Part shown: positions 38,690-50,230 of the stretch, piece after piece
How positions within the stretch are numbered: the first letter of the stretch is position 1
How the letters are laid out: each line of letters starts with the position of its first letter
Source of the DNA: Azolla caroliniana
Taxonomy: Eukaryota; Plantae; Polypodiophyta
NCBI GenBank assembly: GCA_043228905.1
Contig: JBHGNT010000016.1
Coordinates: 3,720,001-3,784,000, forward strand
Length of the DNA stretch: 64,000 bases
Direction of reading: 5' to 3'
Program-made: the position numbers and the translations under genes
The notes under the pieces: model-generated
What the model was told of the DNA's origin: nothing
What the model saw: the letters and a program-made list of their open reading frames with translations, nothing else
The model's database searches: none

Positions 38690-39500
38690 GTGTAAATGTG
38701 CTTGTGTGTGCTACTCGAGCAGGACCAGGGAAGACGGAAGGACTAGGAAGGTGCAGACGTTAGGCGACGCGAACACTCCAAAGAGTGGAAAGCTCGTCAG
38801 ACTTGAAGACTCTCCAAAGTCAAAGGCTTTTCAAACTCAAAGACTCTCCACAATCGGAGGCTCTTTAGACTCAAAGGCTTACATTGAACAATTAGAAGAT
38901 AACCATTAAGTTTAAATGGAACAAAAGTTGGGGAGTTGATCGAGTTTTCGGTGAAGGTGCAAATCAAGTGGACTGCTGAGACCGCGACTACCTCCCAAAC
39001 AACTATGATACCTTGAATCGGAGTAGTGTTCTCGTGCCACTTCGTCCTCCTTTCAAATGACCAGTGTGCGAGTTTGCCTAACCCCTTCTTTGATTCCATC
39101 GACATGTAATGACGCTCACTGGAGATTATTCGGTCTCAATGTATGCTTGAGAACAAGAAGAACAAGAACCCTAAAATCTCACGAAGAAGAAGAAGATAAA
39201 ACCTTAACACCTCAAGTGCGTTGAGGATACGAAGAAAAAGAAACCCCAAAGTGTGAAGAAGAAGAAGAATTGAAGAAAACCCCTAACAATACGCTCCAAG
39301 AAACAACATGGGTGACCTCGAACCCTAATGGTACACCCCAAAACTCTAAATGAGCGACCTCCTAACACCCCCGAAACCTCAAAACGTGCGACCCGAAATA
39401 AGCCCTCTTCTCAGCATTAAATGCGTTTATTCCCTATCTTTCGCCAAATAAGAAAAAGGAATAAATAGTCCTTAATATGAACCGCATTACCAAAGAATCA
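38690..39500. mobile_element. Probable LTR-retroelement-derived fragment
   Basis: Local CpG-richer patch with a TGTAATGAC LTR-like start at 39105, (GAA)n runs and AACCCTAA motifs typical of gypsy LTR/UTR sequence. No paired LTR or TSD seen. Confidence 0.35.
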
Positions 39501-39752
39501 AACTCTACACCCATAGTACAAGGTCTATGGCTCTGTAAATGTATATATATATATATTATATATACATATCTTTTGAGACGTGAGCACACCATTTTCCCAC
39601 TTTATACCTTTGGCCACACCACACATCACGACAACATAGGAAATCCCAACCATTGTATGAGCCATCTTACAATGCCTTATTCTAATTTTTTTCTGAAATG
39701 ATTTACTATTCCAAGTATTGTTTCTCATATAGATATATCATGAGTTGGGTTT

Positions 39753-40696
39753 CTCAGAAATGTCACTTCATTACTACAATGTGGGTAGCCTGCTTTCTTT
39801 TACAATCGATATACTTTCATTAATTTAAGTTAAAAATTATTGAAAGCATTAACATATTGATACAAATGTCAATCCCTAAATTTTTGTATCGAAGTTTATG
39901 TTGGCAAAACTATAATATGTAGACATACTGATACAATTAACCCTCAAAAATGTCACTTCATTACTACAGTGTGGGTAGCCTGCTTTCTTTTACAATCGAT
40001 ATACTTTCATTAATTTAAGTTAAAAAATTATTGAAAACATTAACATATTGATACAAATGTCAATCCCTAAATTTTTGTATCGAAGTTTATCTTGGCAAAA
40101 CTATAATATGTAGACATACTGATACAATTAACCCTCAGAAATGTCACTTCATTACTACAATGTGGGTAGCCTGCTTTCTTTTACAATCGATATACTTTCA
40201 TTAATTTAAGTTAAAAAATTATTGAAAATATTAACATATTGATACAAATGTCAATCCCTAAATTTTTGTATCAAAGTTTATCTTGGCAAAACTATAATAT
40301 GTAGACATACTGATACAATTAACCCTCAGAAATGTCACTTCATTACTACAATGTGGGTAGCCTGCTTTCTTTTACAATCGATAATACTTTCATAAAGTCA
40401 AGTTAAAAAATTATTGAAAGGTGATCATATTGATACAAATGTCAATCTCTAAATTTTTGTATTGAAGTTTATCTTGGCAAAACTATAATATGTAGATATT
40501 GATACAAAAGTTAATTCCATAATATTGTTGCCCCAATTCATCTCGGAGCTTGTCAATAATGATCAATTGCATTGTAAATAAAGTTTATATTGGCAAAACT
40601 ATAATATGTAGAAATATTGATACAAAGGTTAATCCCATAATATTGTTGCACCTAATTCATCTTGGAGCTTGTCAACAATGATCAATTGCATTGTAA
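39753..40696. repeat. Compound tandem array: about 190-191 bp x4, then about 115 bp x2
   Basis: Units start at 39753, 39943, 40134 and 40325. The second array (about 40464-40696) reuses the ttggcaaaactataatatgtaga segment. Confidence 0.93.
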
Positions 40697-40887
40697 TGAT
40701 GGATTGTTTCCCGTTCCCATCAACAATTCTTGAGAAATTATTTCTTTGATAGCATGAGAATTCATGCAATATATTAATTTAGGATAGATACTTTACATAA
40801 GAACCTTGCAAATCCATTCAATGGAATGGAAGCAATCAACCTTAATTGAATGCTTTTGAAATTGAGATGTTTGTGATCACCTTTTGT

Positions 40888-41361
40888 TTAGCTAGATAGA
40901 TCTGTACTTGGATCCATCAAGTAAGGCACTATATATGTCCTCATCTCTGTCTCATTTATCTGAAGATGACCACGAGGCAATGTGATCCAAGCCACTTTCC
41001 CCGCCTCATCAAGGGTTCTCAAACCAATCCAATCATCTTTGTATAGGTCAGTCTACATTATATACAAGGCATGATGTTGAACTAGTCTTATATTAGTTTG
41101 TAAGGTATATATGTATTACTCACAAAATGAACATAAGGAAGCATATATATACCAATGACATCAACACTTCATATTTGAAATATATTGTTTGCAAACCTCA
41201 TTAGGAGCCAAGATGGTGCTAAAGCTGTTTGATGCATAGTAACCAAACCAAGCAGTTTGGGGAGGAATCAGCACCTTGTCATTTTCAAACTGAAAAAGCT
41301 CAACAAGTAATATCATGTAAAGATTCAGTGTCAACTGTAAAATATCTGAAACATTTTGTCA

Positions 41362-41392
<31 letters not shown>

Positions 41393-44300
41393 ACATATAT
41401 ATATACACATACACATACACATATACATATATAGAGAGAGATAGAGAATCTTACAGTCCTACCATAATCAAGACAAGTTGATTCAAGCTACTGAATCGCT
41501 CCTTGTAAGTTGCATTTCGATTATCCTCGAGTTCATTATTCAGCCTAGGAAGAAACTTGCAACCTTTCTCATAAGCTTGTAGATCCTTGATAAAAACAAA
41601 ACAAAAGATACTAAGTAATGATATATTTTCTTTGGCACTTCATAAAGTTAGTTACAGCTACAGTAATGTGTACCGTTGGAATTTTCACATAACCAGCTGG
41701 TCCAAGGTGCTCCTGAATCATGAAATACATATAGCTCAATTAGATTGTTTTTTATTTCCCCCAAATGCCCTCAAGTTATTGATATTTTTCTGCCCTTAAG
41801 TTTCCATTATTTTTCCAAATGCCCTGGGTGAATCACTGAAAGGGAAAAGGGGATACATTGACCATGCAATTATTCAAATAGCACATATAGCTTGTCTTTT
41901 GGGGGTTGACCGAGGGCATTGGGGGAAATAGCAGAAACTATAGGGCATACATATGAGGAAATAAAGAAAGAGATCAGGTATTTTCAGAGTTTTTCATTAA
42001 GAGTAGTGATGATAAGAATGTATGAATACAGTAGTAAATATGAATTTAGTACCTGTACATAGGAAGTGTAGATTCCCAATTGTAGAATCCAGTCAGCAAT
42101 TATACACCAGATCCCACTCTATAACCATCATCATCAATCAAGAAATGACTTCTGGTGATTTTTACGGCTTTTTGCCAGGATAATTTCAATAAAATTATAA
42201 AGGAACGATTTGCTATTCATTTCCTTGATGTCTTTTGTTTGTAAGACTGACTTACCCCACACCATGGTACAGATGCTGTGCCCGCATGAGGTCCAGCAAT
42301 AGATATCATGTTATTCACCTAATATAGAGGATGCCATGTGCTAAAACAAATCAGAGAAAATCAATGCAGTCATACAGAAAAACAAAAGATTATACTACGT
42401 AAGGTTTATTTTTTAAACATATTGCATATTTCATGAAATATAGAGTGGTACATTACTTGTATACCTATTACAATAAACAACATGAGTAAGTCAAACACAT
42501 AGGACCTGAACCAAGCTCTCTTGAATTTAATTTAGCAAATGCATATCAAGAGCCTCAAAATCTCATCATTTACAGACTGTAGTAAATAGCAGTCCACAGT
42601 CTCTACAATCACCTCATGGTATATAACAATCGGCAACGGTTCGGTTCGGTTTGAGAGGGTCAAAACCAATCTGTTTAGAATTTTTGAAACCTGAACCGAA
42701 CCGAACCGTTGGGTTTTTGAAACCTGAACCGCGATTTTAATGGTTTGAAACCACAAAACCGTTAAGCATTTTTCAAACCATTAAAATTGCGGTTTCGTGG
42801 TTCGGTTTCGGCTTTCAACTTAGGTCAATTTTTAATTTTTAAATTTATAATTTTCATTTTTTAAAATTTTAAAATTTTTAAAGATGTTCCTAAAATGTGA
42901 GAATAAGGTCTAAAAATGAAAAGATTGTTTAAAAACAATTTTTGGAAAATTATTTTTAAAAAAATAAAAAAAACGTTAAACCGTTTAAACCGCGGTTTCT
43001 GACTGTTGAAACCGTTAAACCGAACCGTTGATGATTGTTAATGGTATACTAACAGATGTGATCTTCAACGTTATATTATTCAAGGATAAAAGCTTGTTAT
43101 AAAAAAAAATCTTTGGCATCATAAGATTCGTTTCCAATGAACTCACAAAAATTGTGATTCATTCGCTGTAGAATGCAGAAAAACAACATGCTGACATTTC
43201 TATAATGATGTATCGATTAAAATGCTCTCACTGAAGCATAATAAATCCATTTATTAAGCAGCAAATGCATAGATAAATAGATGTCATGAACCTACAGTTC
43301 ATAAATTATGGGACTTGATACATGTAATTTGTGTGATAATTATATGTATGTAATATCATTGCAGGGCAAGAAAAGTACTAGCAATATCAACTTACAGGTG
43401 GCCCATCACACCATTGAATAACACCACGGCCTATTGCATTCCCCTGTATAATAATTACATTCAAAATTTGGAAAGATGTTTATTTTATGCTTCCATGATA
43501 AGGAGCTTACAAAAATGTGGTTGACGCGGAAAATGAGATGGATGCCTTTGTGCATATGCATTTTAAGCTCATGTGATAGTGGAGTTACAAATAACAAGAA
43601 ATAAGGATGAATACAACCATAGAAAACATCAAATAAGAAAATGAAAGTGTTAAATATGAAAAAAATTCAGAGAATCAATGCACCAAATGACCAAACTAAA
43701 TGCATATATCCTATACACATGCTATAGAGGCTCCAAAATGCTCTTTCTTTCTAGGCAAAAACAAAATATATAGCAAATTGCCTTTTCTAATCTGAATGAA
43801 GGTAGTCTTTGAATGGTGCAGTTAACCTTGCAAGACTCCAAATTTAGTCAAATCACTAACCTGTGAAAGGGCGACTAAGTTGTAACCACCCTGAAGTTGT
43901 GAGAGAGACTTAATCTGCCACACCAATAAATAAATAAATAACCTATGCATATATTATGACATTATAGTAAACACACAAATTATTATCCTCCTTTACACAG
44001 TGAAGGATTTCTTTCTACTCCCAAGAAAATGGTTTTTTACATCCTCACAGACAGAGTCCACCTGCGTCATTATCAGAAACCATGAAGAATAAGATGCCTA
44101 TAGATATGCAAGGTATAATAAGATGATCATATTAACATATTTTGTGACCTAGCTACTCCATTCATAGATATAAGATACAAATGAACTGGAAATTGCAGAA
44201 TAAATATCCCCTCTCAGAATGTAACATAATGTGCAATAAAACTCACTTGTTCAGTGATGGATGTGAACCATGAAGAATGGCTGCCATCTCCAACCTCTCT

Positions 44301-45492
44301 ACATCATTTACACATAGAGAAATGAATCAGGTCAGACTTGTAGTATCCATTATTAAAGCAATGACAAAGTAATTCTTGTATACATGTACATACATATATA
44401 TGTATGTATGTGTGTATGGTTAAGAGAGCATAAAAGAAAAGCTCTTTATTTTGAAAGCAAGATGATGATAATAGCTAAAAAATGTTCTAAAAACCACAAT
44501 GAATGGAATCATTACATGCAGAATCCTTCTTGCCCCGAACGATTCCTCAACACTTCGGTGAACCATGTCATCCCTTCGTAGTTGCATTGGCTTCCAAGCC
44601 CTGGGCCACAATAGCATTAGGATTATTTTTCTTTCTTTTCTTCTTTGAAGGATATATCATGTTATTAAACCTCGTTTAATTTTTCCATAGTTACTTTGAT
44701 CTAACAAATTTCTCTTTTTGTGAAGAGGAATAGGCCTGATGGTTTGATCTCTTAAAGATTTAAAACAGGTTTTGCAATCAATACTATTTTGTTATGTACT
44801 CGATCTTTGATATATGTATATATAATTTCCTCTTAGATATATGTATATAAAAAACAGGAATCATACATTCGCACCAACAGGAAATAAGTCAACTGGCAAT
44901 CCCGAGAGAATAAAAAACCCTTTTAAATTAAGCAAGAACCGAGATAAGGTCGATGTTGCTTGCTAATTATCTTTGAGTGTATTTCTGTCTTTCTAATTAT
45001 AGTAGAGTTTATCCATTAGAATTTGATACAGTCCAATACGATTTGATCTCTCTATAACTATAGATTGGATCGCACTAAGATTGCATCATGTTTGGCATTG
45101 TACTTTCTCCTTAGAATCGGAGGGGAAAAGAACTAAGCCGAAGTTTAAAAGGGTCTTAACATCACAACATCATCCAGTGTATTAAAATTTTCATAGATGG
45201 CCGCTTTTTCTAATTTTTCATATGACTTGACTGCAGTATTTTGGGAAATGGACTGTTAGTGGTGGTGGTGGTGGTGGCACTGTCTGAGTTTTAAAAATTA
45301 GAAGACGACTCATAAACTCGAGTAAGAACGACAAGCAGAGAATGATACATATATAGGTGAGAGAGGCGAGTTGCTGCGATAAGAGTTACCGTGGAGGAAG
45401 ACGAAGGGCAATGATTCTACGAAGAGCACGGAGGAAGATGCTACCGCGACTGCAATGGCGATGGAGATTGTCAGAGTCTTCTGATAGGCCAT
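40888..45492 (-). CDS. Palmitoyl-protein thioesterase (PPT1-like alpha/beta hydrolase), about 303 aa with signal peptide
   Basis: 12 exons total 912 nt in frame: 45492-45390, 44600-44516, 44298-44247, 44061-44041, 43914-43861, 43443-43396, 42318-42256, 42118-42053, 41712-41674, 41585-41463, 41289-41197, 41052-40888. Motifs LPFVFLHGLGSQC, YNLVALSQG, ISIAGPHAG, FLPRLNNE, FENDKVLIP, DDWIGLRTLDEAGK and GHL give a Ser-Asp-His triad. Confidence 0.93.
42624..43040. mobile_element. hAT-family MITE (417 bp) in a PPT intron
   Basis: TIRs TAACAATCGGCAACGGTTCGGTT / AACCGAACCGTTGATGATTGTTA, exact 8-bp TSD ATGGTATA (42616-42623, 43041-43048), and many subterminal AACCG repeats. Confidence 0.92.
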
Positions 45493-45703
45493 GATTGCAA
45501 TGAGACGAAATCGAGAACCAGGAAACAGCAGAACGAGAATCGGAAGCAGCCAAGCAGGCAGAGAGGGAGGGAGGGGTGCAGCAGAGAATCCGCAGTTAGC
45601 AGCAGAGAATCAGAGGGAGGAATATCCGGATCGCCATTGACGACGTCTGATCCTGCTGGAAAGACTTTGGTATTTATGTATATACCATGGCTTAACGGTT
45701 CGT

Positions 45704-45719
45704 TTCGGTTTGAGCCGAA
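45704..45719. promoter_or_regulatory. TTCGG-N6-CCGAA palindrome upstream of the PPT gene, next to a site-II-like GGGCCCA
   Basis: tttcgg-tttgag-ccgaaa followed by ccgggccca. Confidence 0.45.
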
Positions 45720-45749
45720 ACCGGGCCCATTGCTATAGGAAGATAAGGA

Positions 45750-46080
45750 AAATGAAATAATTCATGTAATTTGCTCCTTTTCATTGTTTGGTTTGTAGGC
45801 AAAAAAAACATTACTATGTGTGATAAAGAAAAGCTCATGGCTCAACCCAACCAACATTTCATCTAGGAGGCTAAGGAAAAGGAAATCATTATATGGACTT
45901 CATTGCAATGGTGTTGTTTATCCCTCGTATAGAAGTATTTTTTATATGAAAATATATATTCCATATGGTAGAATTTTGAACACGGCCACATGGGATATAT
46001 CAGTCTTGGTGCACAAGTGACAATTGACCCCATTGACTACTATTATTGGAATGGTGGTTAATGGTGTGAAGTAGGTGATT
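45750..46080. repeat. Dispersed diverged repeat, copy 1 (copy 2 at about 49935-50230)
   Basis: Shared blocks aagctcatgg..aacatttcatctagga, tagaagtattt, atatattccata, caattgacccca and gaagtaggtg. Confidence 0.75.
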
Positions 46081-47493
46081 ATGGCCATCTGTCGTATGGT
46101 TTTTTTAAAAGGTTGGAGTATATGAGGTATATAGGATGCGAGTATAAAGCACGAGGATATCACAATGAGATGCCTCGTCTTACCTGAACCATATGTACAA
46201 ACCATGTATGTACCCGAGGACTCTATGTTTCAACATACCCCAACAAAAATTTGGAGAACGAATGTTTGTATAAAGAACATCCTCAAAGGCCCATTCTTAT
46301 GGCAACTTGAGTGACCACTCACACAGATAAGTGTGTGGTGTGTTTCCTAATCAATGTCTATATGGCAAGAGGAGCAGTATGACATGGAGGTCCTTCATGT
46401 AGTGCGTTGATAAGCTGTTGAAACTTGTAAAACAAATGAATATCACTGTTTGATAGTGCTCCTCTATCGTGGGTATCGACAAGTGTGCAACTTGAACATC
46501 AAGAAGAAAGTTGTTAAGAAAGCGAGGGAGCTTCGCATGGTGCAAATCAATCAAGCATCCCTTTGTACATATACCTCTCAAGTTAACGAGATATGATCTT
46601 ATGGGATACCAATATAGGGGTTTCGTCAAATGCAATCATGGAATTATGCCTCCTATACAAGTTCCAAGGACTTGAATCATTTAGCATTGGGAATGAAGAA
46701 GTTTTGTTATATGATTGTCTTATATTGCCATAGAGTATATGTCAATATGACAATTGGAATTTCTCTCCCATTTTGATTTTTAATCACGAGATGGTCCCCT
46801 AGAGTTCTAATCAAGATATTTCACTTAATTTGTTGGAGTTATCGCCATTTGTCTCAATAGATGCAACATATTGATTCAACAAAAGATGTTTATAATAGCA
46901 TTGCCTTTGCTAAACATGTCTTGTGAACTCCCCAACCAAAGCTAATCCTCGAACTAAGAACAAAATGAAGAACTAGAACAAAGAGAACCTGTTAATAACC
47001 CTTGTAACTAAGAGATTAATAAGGACCAAACCAACAAAGATATAAATGAAGCATTATGACGGTTTCTTTGAAAATCTAACACCAAAAGTTACAGAATGAA
47101 AGCCTTTGTCCTATATTTGTTTGAGAGACCATCATTTGGAATATTACAAATGCTTAAGAGGCCCATTAGCATGCTTAAAATCTATCTAATGCTTGCCAAA
47201 CACCATTCAACATTTTCAAATGTGGACACTCTAATGTTTTTTCTTCCTGTGTGGCCCAATTAAGTGCTGATTATGTTTGAGCTTCATGAGTCGTCAAACC
47301 TACATGAACCAACGGGATCCGAAGAAGTCATTATGAGAATCCATACCCAATGATGGGTGATCGATTATTGTACGGCCTCCTGGAGTCTATTCTGAAGACT
47401 TAAAAGCTTCCATTTTCATTGATTTTGGGGGGTATATGGACCAAAAATAGGGCTTTGGGGGGGTTTTTATCAAAGCATTGAAGCAATGGAACC

Positions 47494-49407
47494 ATGGAAG
47501 TGTTATGGTGGAGGAAGAAGACCTGCTCTGTTCTCACAACCAAGGTTTCACACTGCTCTGTCCGTCCATTTTCGACCTCTGCTAGCGCAGCTAAGGAGGA
47601 AGAGAGGTTCCTCCACAGGAGGCTGAGAGGGGTTCACGTCCCTGCGTCAAGAAGCCTCTCCAATGGATCCTCCTCCTCCTCCTCATATGATAATATTGAT
47701 CGAGATGATACTTCTTCTCTCGAAGAATCAATCGCCTCTTATTTACAAAGCTCTCATAGAGATCCTGTTTCTTACGCGTGTCTATTGCGCAGATGTGGGA
47801 AGGCGGTTTTGGGTCTATGTGGGATGCATTTGCACTATCACATCATCAAGAATTCCATGGAAACAAATATTGTTTTGCAAAATTGCCTCGTGCAAATGTA
47901 TGCTGAATGTGGATTCTTGGAGGAGTCTTGTTTGGTTTTTGCTTCAATTGCGAACAAGGATGAATTCTCGTGGAATTTCATGATCCGAGCATGTGGATTG
48001 CTTCAATATTCTCCGAGAAATGATGATATCGTACCATTATTGAGCAATGATGAGGTCATACCATTGTTCGAGAGAATGCTTGGCGAAGGAATTTTGCCAA
48101 ATAAGTTCATCTTCACTAGTATCCTTCTAGGATGTTCTTTGCCAGAGTTTCTCAGTCAAGGGAGACATATGCATGTTCGAATCATTAATGGCATTCCCCT
48201 CAATTCGGATACATTGTTAGCGAATACGCTTATTAGCATGTATTGTAAGTGTGGGAATTTGATTGATGCAAAGGGACTGTTTTGTAGGCTTGATGAGAGA
48301 GATATGGTTTCATGGAATGCTATGGTTTCTGCTCATGCTAAATGTGGGCAAGGAAGAGATGCCCTTTGCTTTTACCAACAAATGCAACAAGAAGGTGTGA
48401 TGCCGAATGTAGCTACTTTTGTTAGTCTTCTTGATGCATGTGCAAATGAGGCAGTTGTTTCGATAGGGAGAAAAGTTCATGCCTCTTTTGCTGGAAGTAG
48501 TTTCGAATTCAATGTAGTAATTGGTACTGCTCTTGTGAATATGTATGGAAAATATGGTGATCTCGAGAATGCATGGAGGATCTTTAACCTTCTTCCACAT
48601 CGAAACACTGTATCGTGGAATGGAATGATCACATCTTATTCATTGCATAATCAACCTAAGAGAGCTCTTAATCTATTCGAACAAATGATGCAAGAAGGAA
48701 TAATGCCTGACAAGTTTATATTTGTGAGCATCCTCTCCACACATGCTACTAAGGAAGACTTAGCTGATGGGCGCCGGGTTTATGGGCGCCTCGCAGGTAA
48801 CAGGTGTGAAACCGATCCTTTTGTCTGTACTGCAATACTTAACATGTTTTGCAAATGTGGTAGCATGGAAGATGCCGAGAAAATGTTTGTTTACATTGTG
48901 GATCCTGATGAAGTCTTATGGACGGCCATGATCTCTGGCCATGCACAACATGGTGCGGGAAAGAAAGCCCTAGAGCTCTTTGGAATTATGTGTGTCAAAG
49001 GGTCACATCCTAGCAAAGTGACATTCATGAGTGTTCTTTCAGCATGTAGTGGAGCAGGTCTTGTGGAAGAGGGTGTTCGGCATCTTTTTTCTATGGAAAG
49101 AGATTATGGTATTGTGCCATCATTGGAGCATATCAATTGTGTTTTAGACATGCTAGCAAAGTCGGGAAGATTGGATGAAGCCGAAAATCTGATAATGAAT
49201 ATGGTCGATGAAGCCACAATTGTAACCTGGACGATCTTACTTAATGCATGCAAAAAGCAGCTTGATGTGGAGAGAGGGAAGAGAGTTGCTAATCGCATGC
49301 TTGAGATGTATCCAGATTATAGCTCACCATATGTTTTGCTTTCTCATATATACTTTGGATCTGGAAATAATGAGGGAGGAGATAAGATGATTGGCATTCA
49401 TCAGTAA
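47494..49407 (+). CDS. Intronless PLS-class pentatricopeptide repeat protein ending in an E-type domain, no DYW; probable organellar RNA-editing specificity factor
   Basis: Repeated NTLISMYCKCG / VSWNAMVSAHAKCG / PNVATFVSLLDAC motifs, then EHINCVLDMLAKSGRLDEAE, TWTILLNACK and PYVLLSHIY. Arg/Ser-rich presequence. Confidence 0.93.
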   Translation: MEVLWWRKKTCSVLTTKVSHCSVRPFSTSASAAKEEERFLHRRLRGVHVPASRSLSNGSSSSSSYDNIDRDDTSSLEESIASYLQSSHRDPVSYACLLRRCGKAVLGLCGMHLHYHIIKNSMETNIVLQNCLVQMYAECGFLEESCLVFASIANKDEFSWNFMIRACGLLQYSPRNDDIVPLLSNDEVIPLFERMLGEGILPNKFIFTSILLGCSLPEFLSQGRHMHVRIINGIPLNSDTLLANTLISMYCKCGNLIDAKGLFCRLDERDMVSWNAMVSAHAKCGQGRDALCFYQQMQQEGVMPNVATFVSLLDACANEAVVSIGRKVHASFAGSSFEFNVVIGTALVNMYGKYGDLENAWRIFNLLPHRNTVSWNGMITSYSLHNQPKRALNLFEQMMQEGIMPDKFIFVSILSTHATKEDLADGRRVYGRLAGNRCETDPFVCTAILNMFCKCGSMEDAEKMFVYIVDPDEVLWTAMISGHAQHGAGKKALELFGIMCVKGSHPSKVTFMSVLSACSGAGLVEEGVRHLFSMERDYGIVPSLEHINCVLDMLAKSGRLDEAENLIMNMVDEATIVTWTILLNACKKQLDVERGKRVANRMLEMYPDYSSPYVLLSHIYFGSGNNEGGDKMIGIHQ

Positions 49408-49506
49408 GTATGAGGCATGGGCAATTGTCAGTTTGCCTTACTGTAGTAGTTAAGGACCTCAGCACTAATGGCATGTTATGAACCTTCACTTGACTCAAAC
49501 AGTCAA

Positions 49507-49760
49507 CAATGAAAGGACTATAACCTCATTTAGTGTGGTGATGTTCTAATTTGGGCAAAGCTTAGGTTTGTATTACATTTACATTTCCCTTTATTGAACT
49601 TTAAGGGATAAGCTCACAATGAAAGCTAAGAACCTCAATCAGTGTCATGATGTCTCAATTTGGGCAAAGCTTAGACTTGAAGGCAGCAAGCAAGCTCACA
49701 TTTTGGACTTAAATTACATTTACTCCCCTTTGTTGAACTTGATGGAAGAAGCTCACAAAT
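49507..49760. repeat. Diverged tandem duplication (about 112 bp x2, second copy with an insertion) downstream of the PPR stop
   Basis: aatgaaag..aatttgggcaaagcttag..ttacatttac..ttgaactt..aagctcac occurs twice. Confidence 0.7.
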
Positions 49761-49934
49761 ACATAGCCTTCAGTTTTTCTTGATTTCCCCAAGGGCTTCG
49801 AGTTTTCATTCTTTACCCAAAGACTCGTGGTCAATCATTGAAAGAGAGAAAATGGTTGAATTTACCGTATAATCGCTCAAACAACACATACAATTGTTCA
49901 TACATGGGTTGACTAGGGCCTTGGCGGAAATAAC

Positions 49935-50230
49935 GAAAACTCCCATGTAATTGCTCGTGTCATTATTGGTATATATGCAAGACAATAGTATGAGAAAGAA
50001 GCTCATGGTTCAAAATAACATTTCATCTAGGAAGATAAGAAAGTGGAATAATTGGTTCTGATTCTAATGTGTTGTTATCCTCAAACTAGAAGTATTTATA
50101 AAAAGATATATTCCATAGATAGAATTTCAAATGCGGCCATGTGGGGTATACACCTTCAGCACGCAAGTGCCAATTGACCCCATGGACTAATATTAATGGA
50201 GTGGTGGTTTGTGGAGGGAAGTAGGTGGAT
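49935..50230. repeat. Dispersed diverged repeat, copy 2 (same orientation as 45750-46080)
   Basis: Shares the blocks listed for copy 1. Confidence 0.75.
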
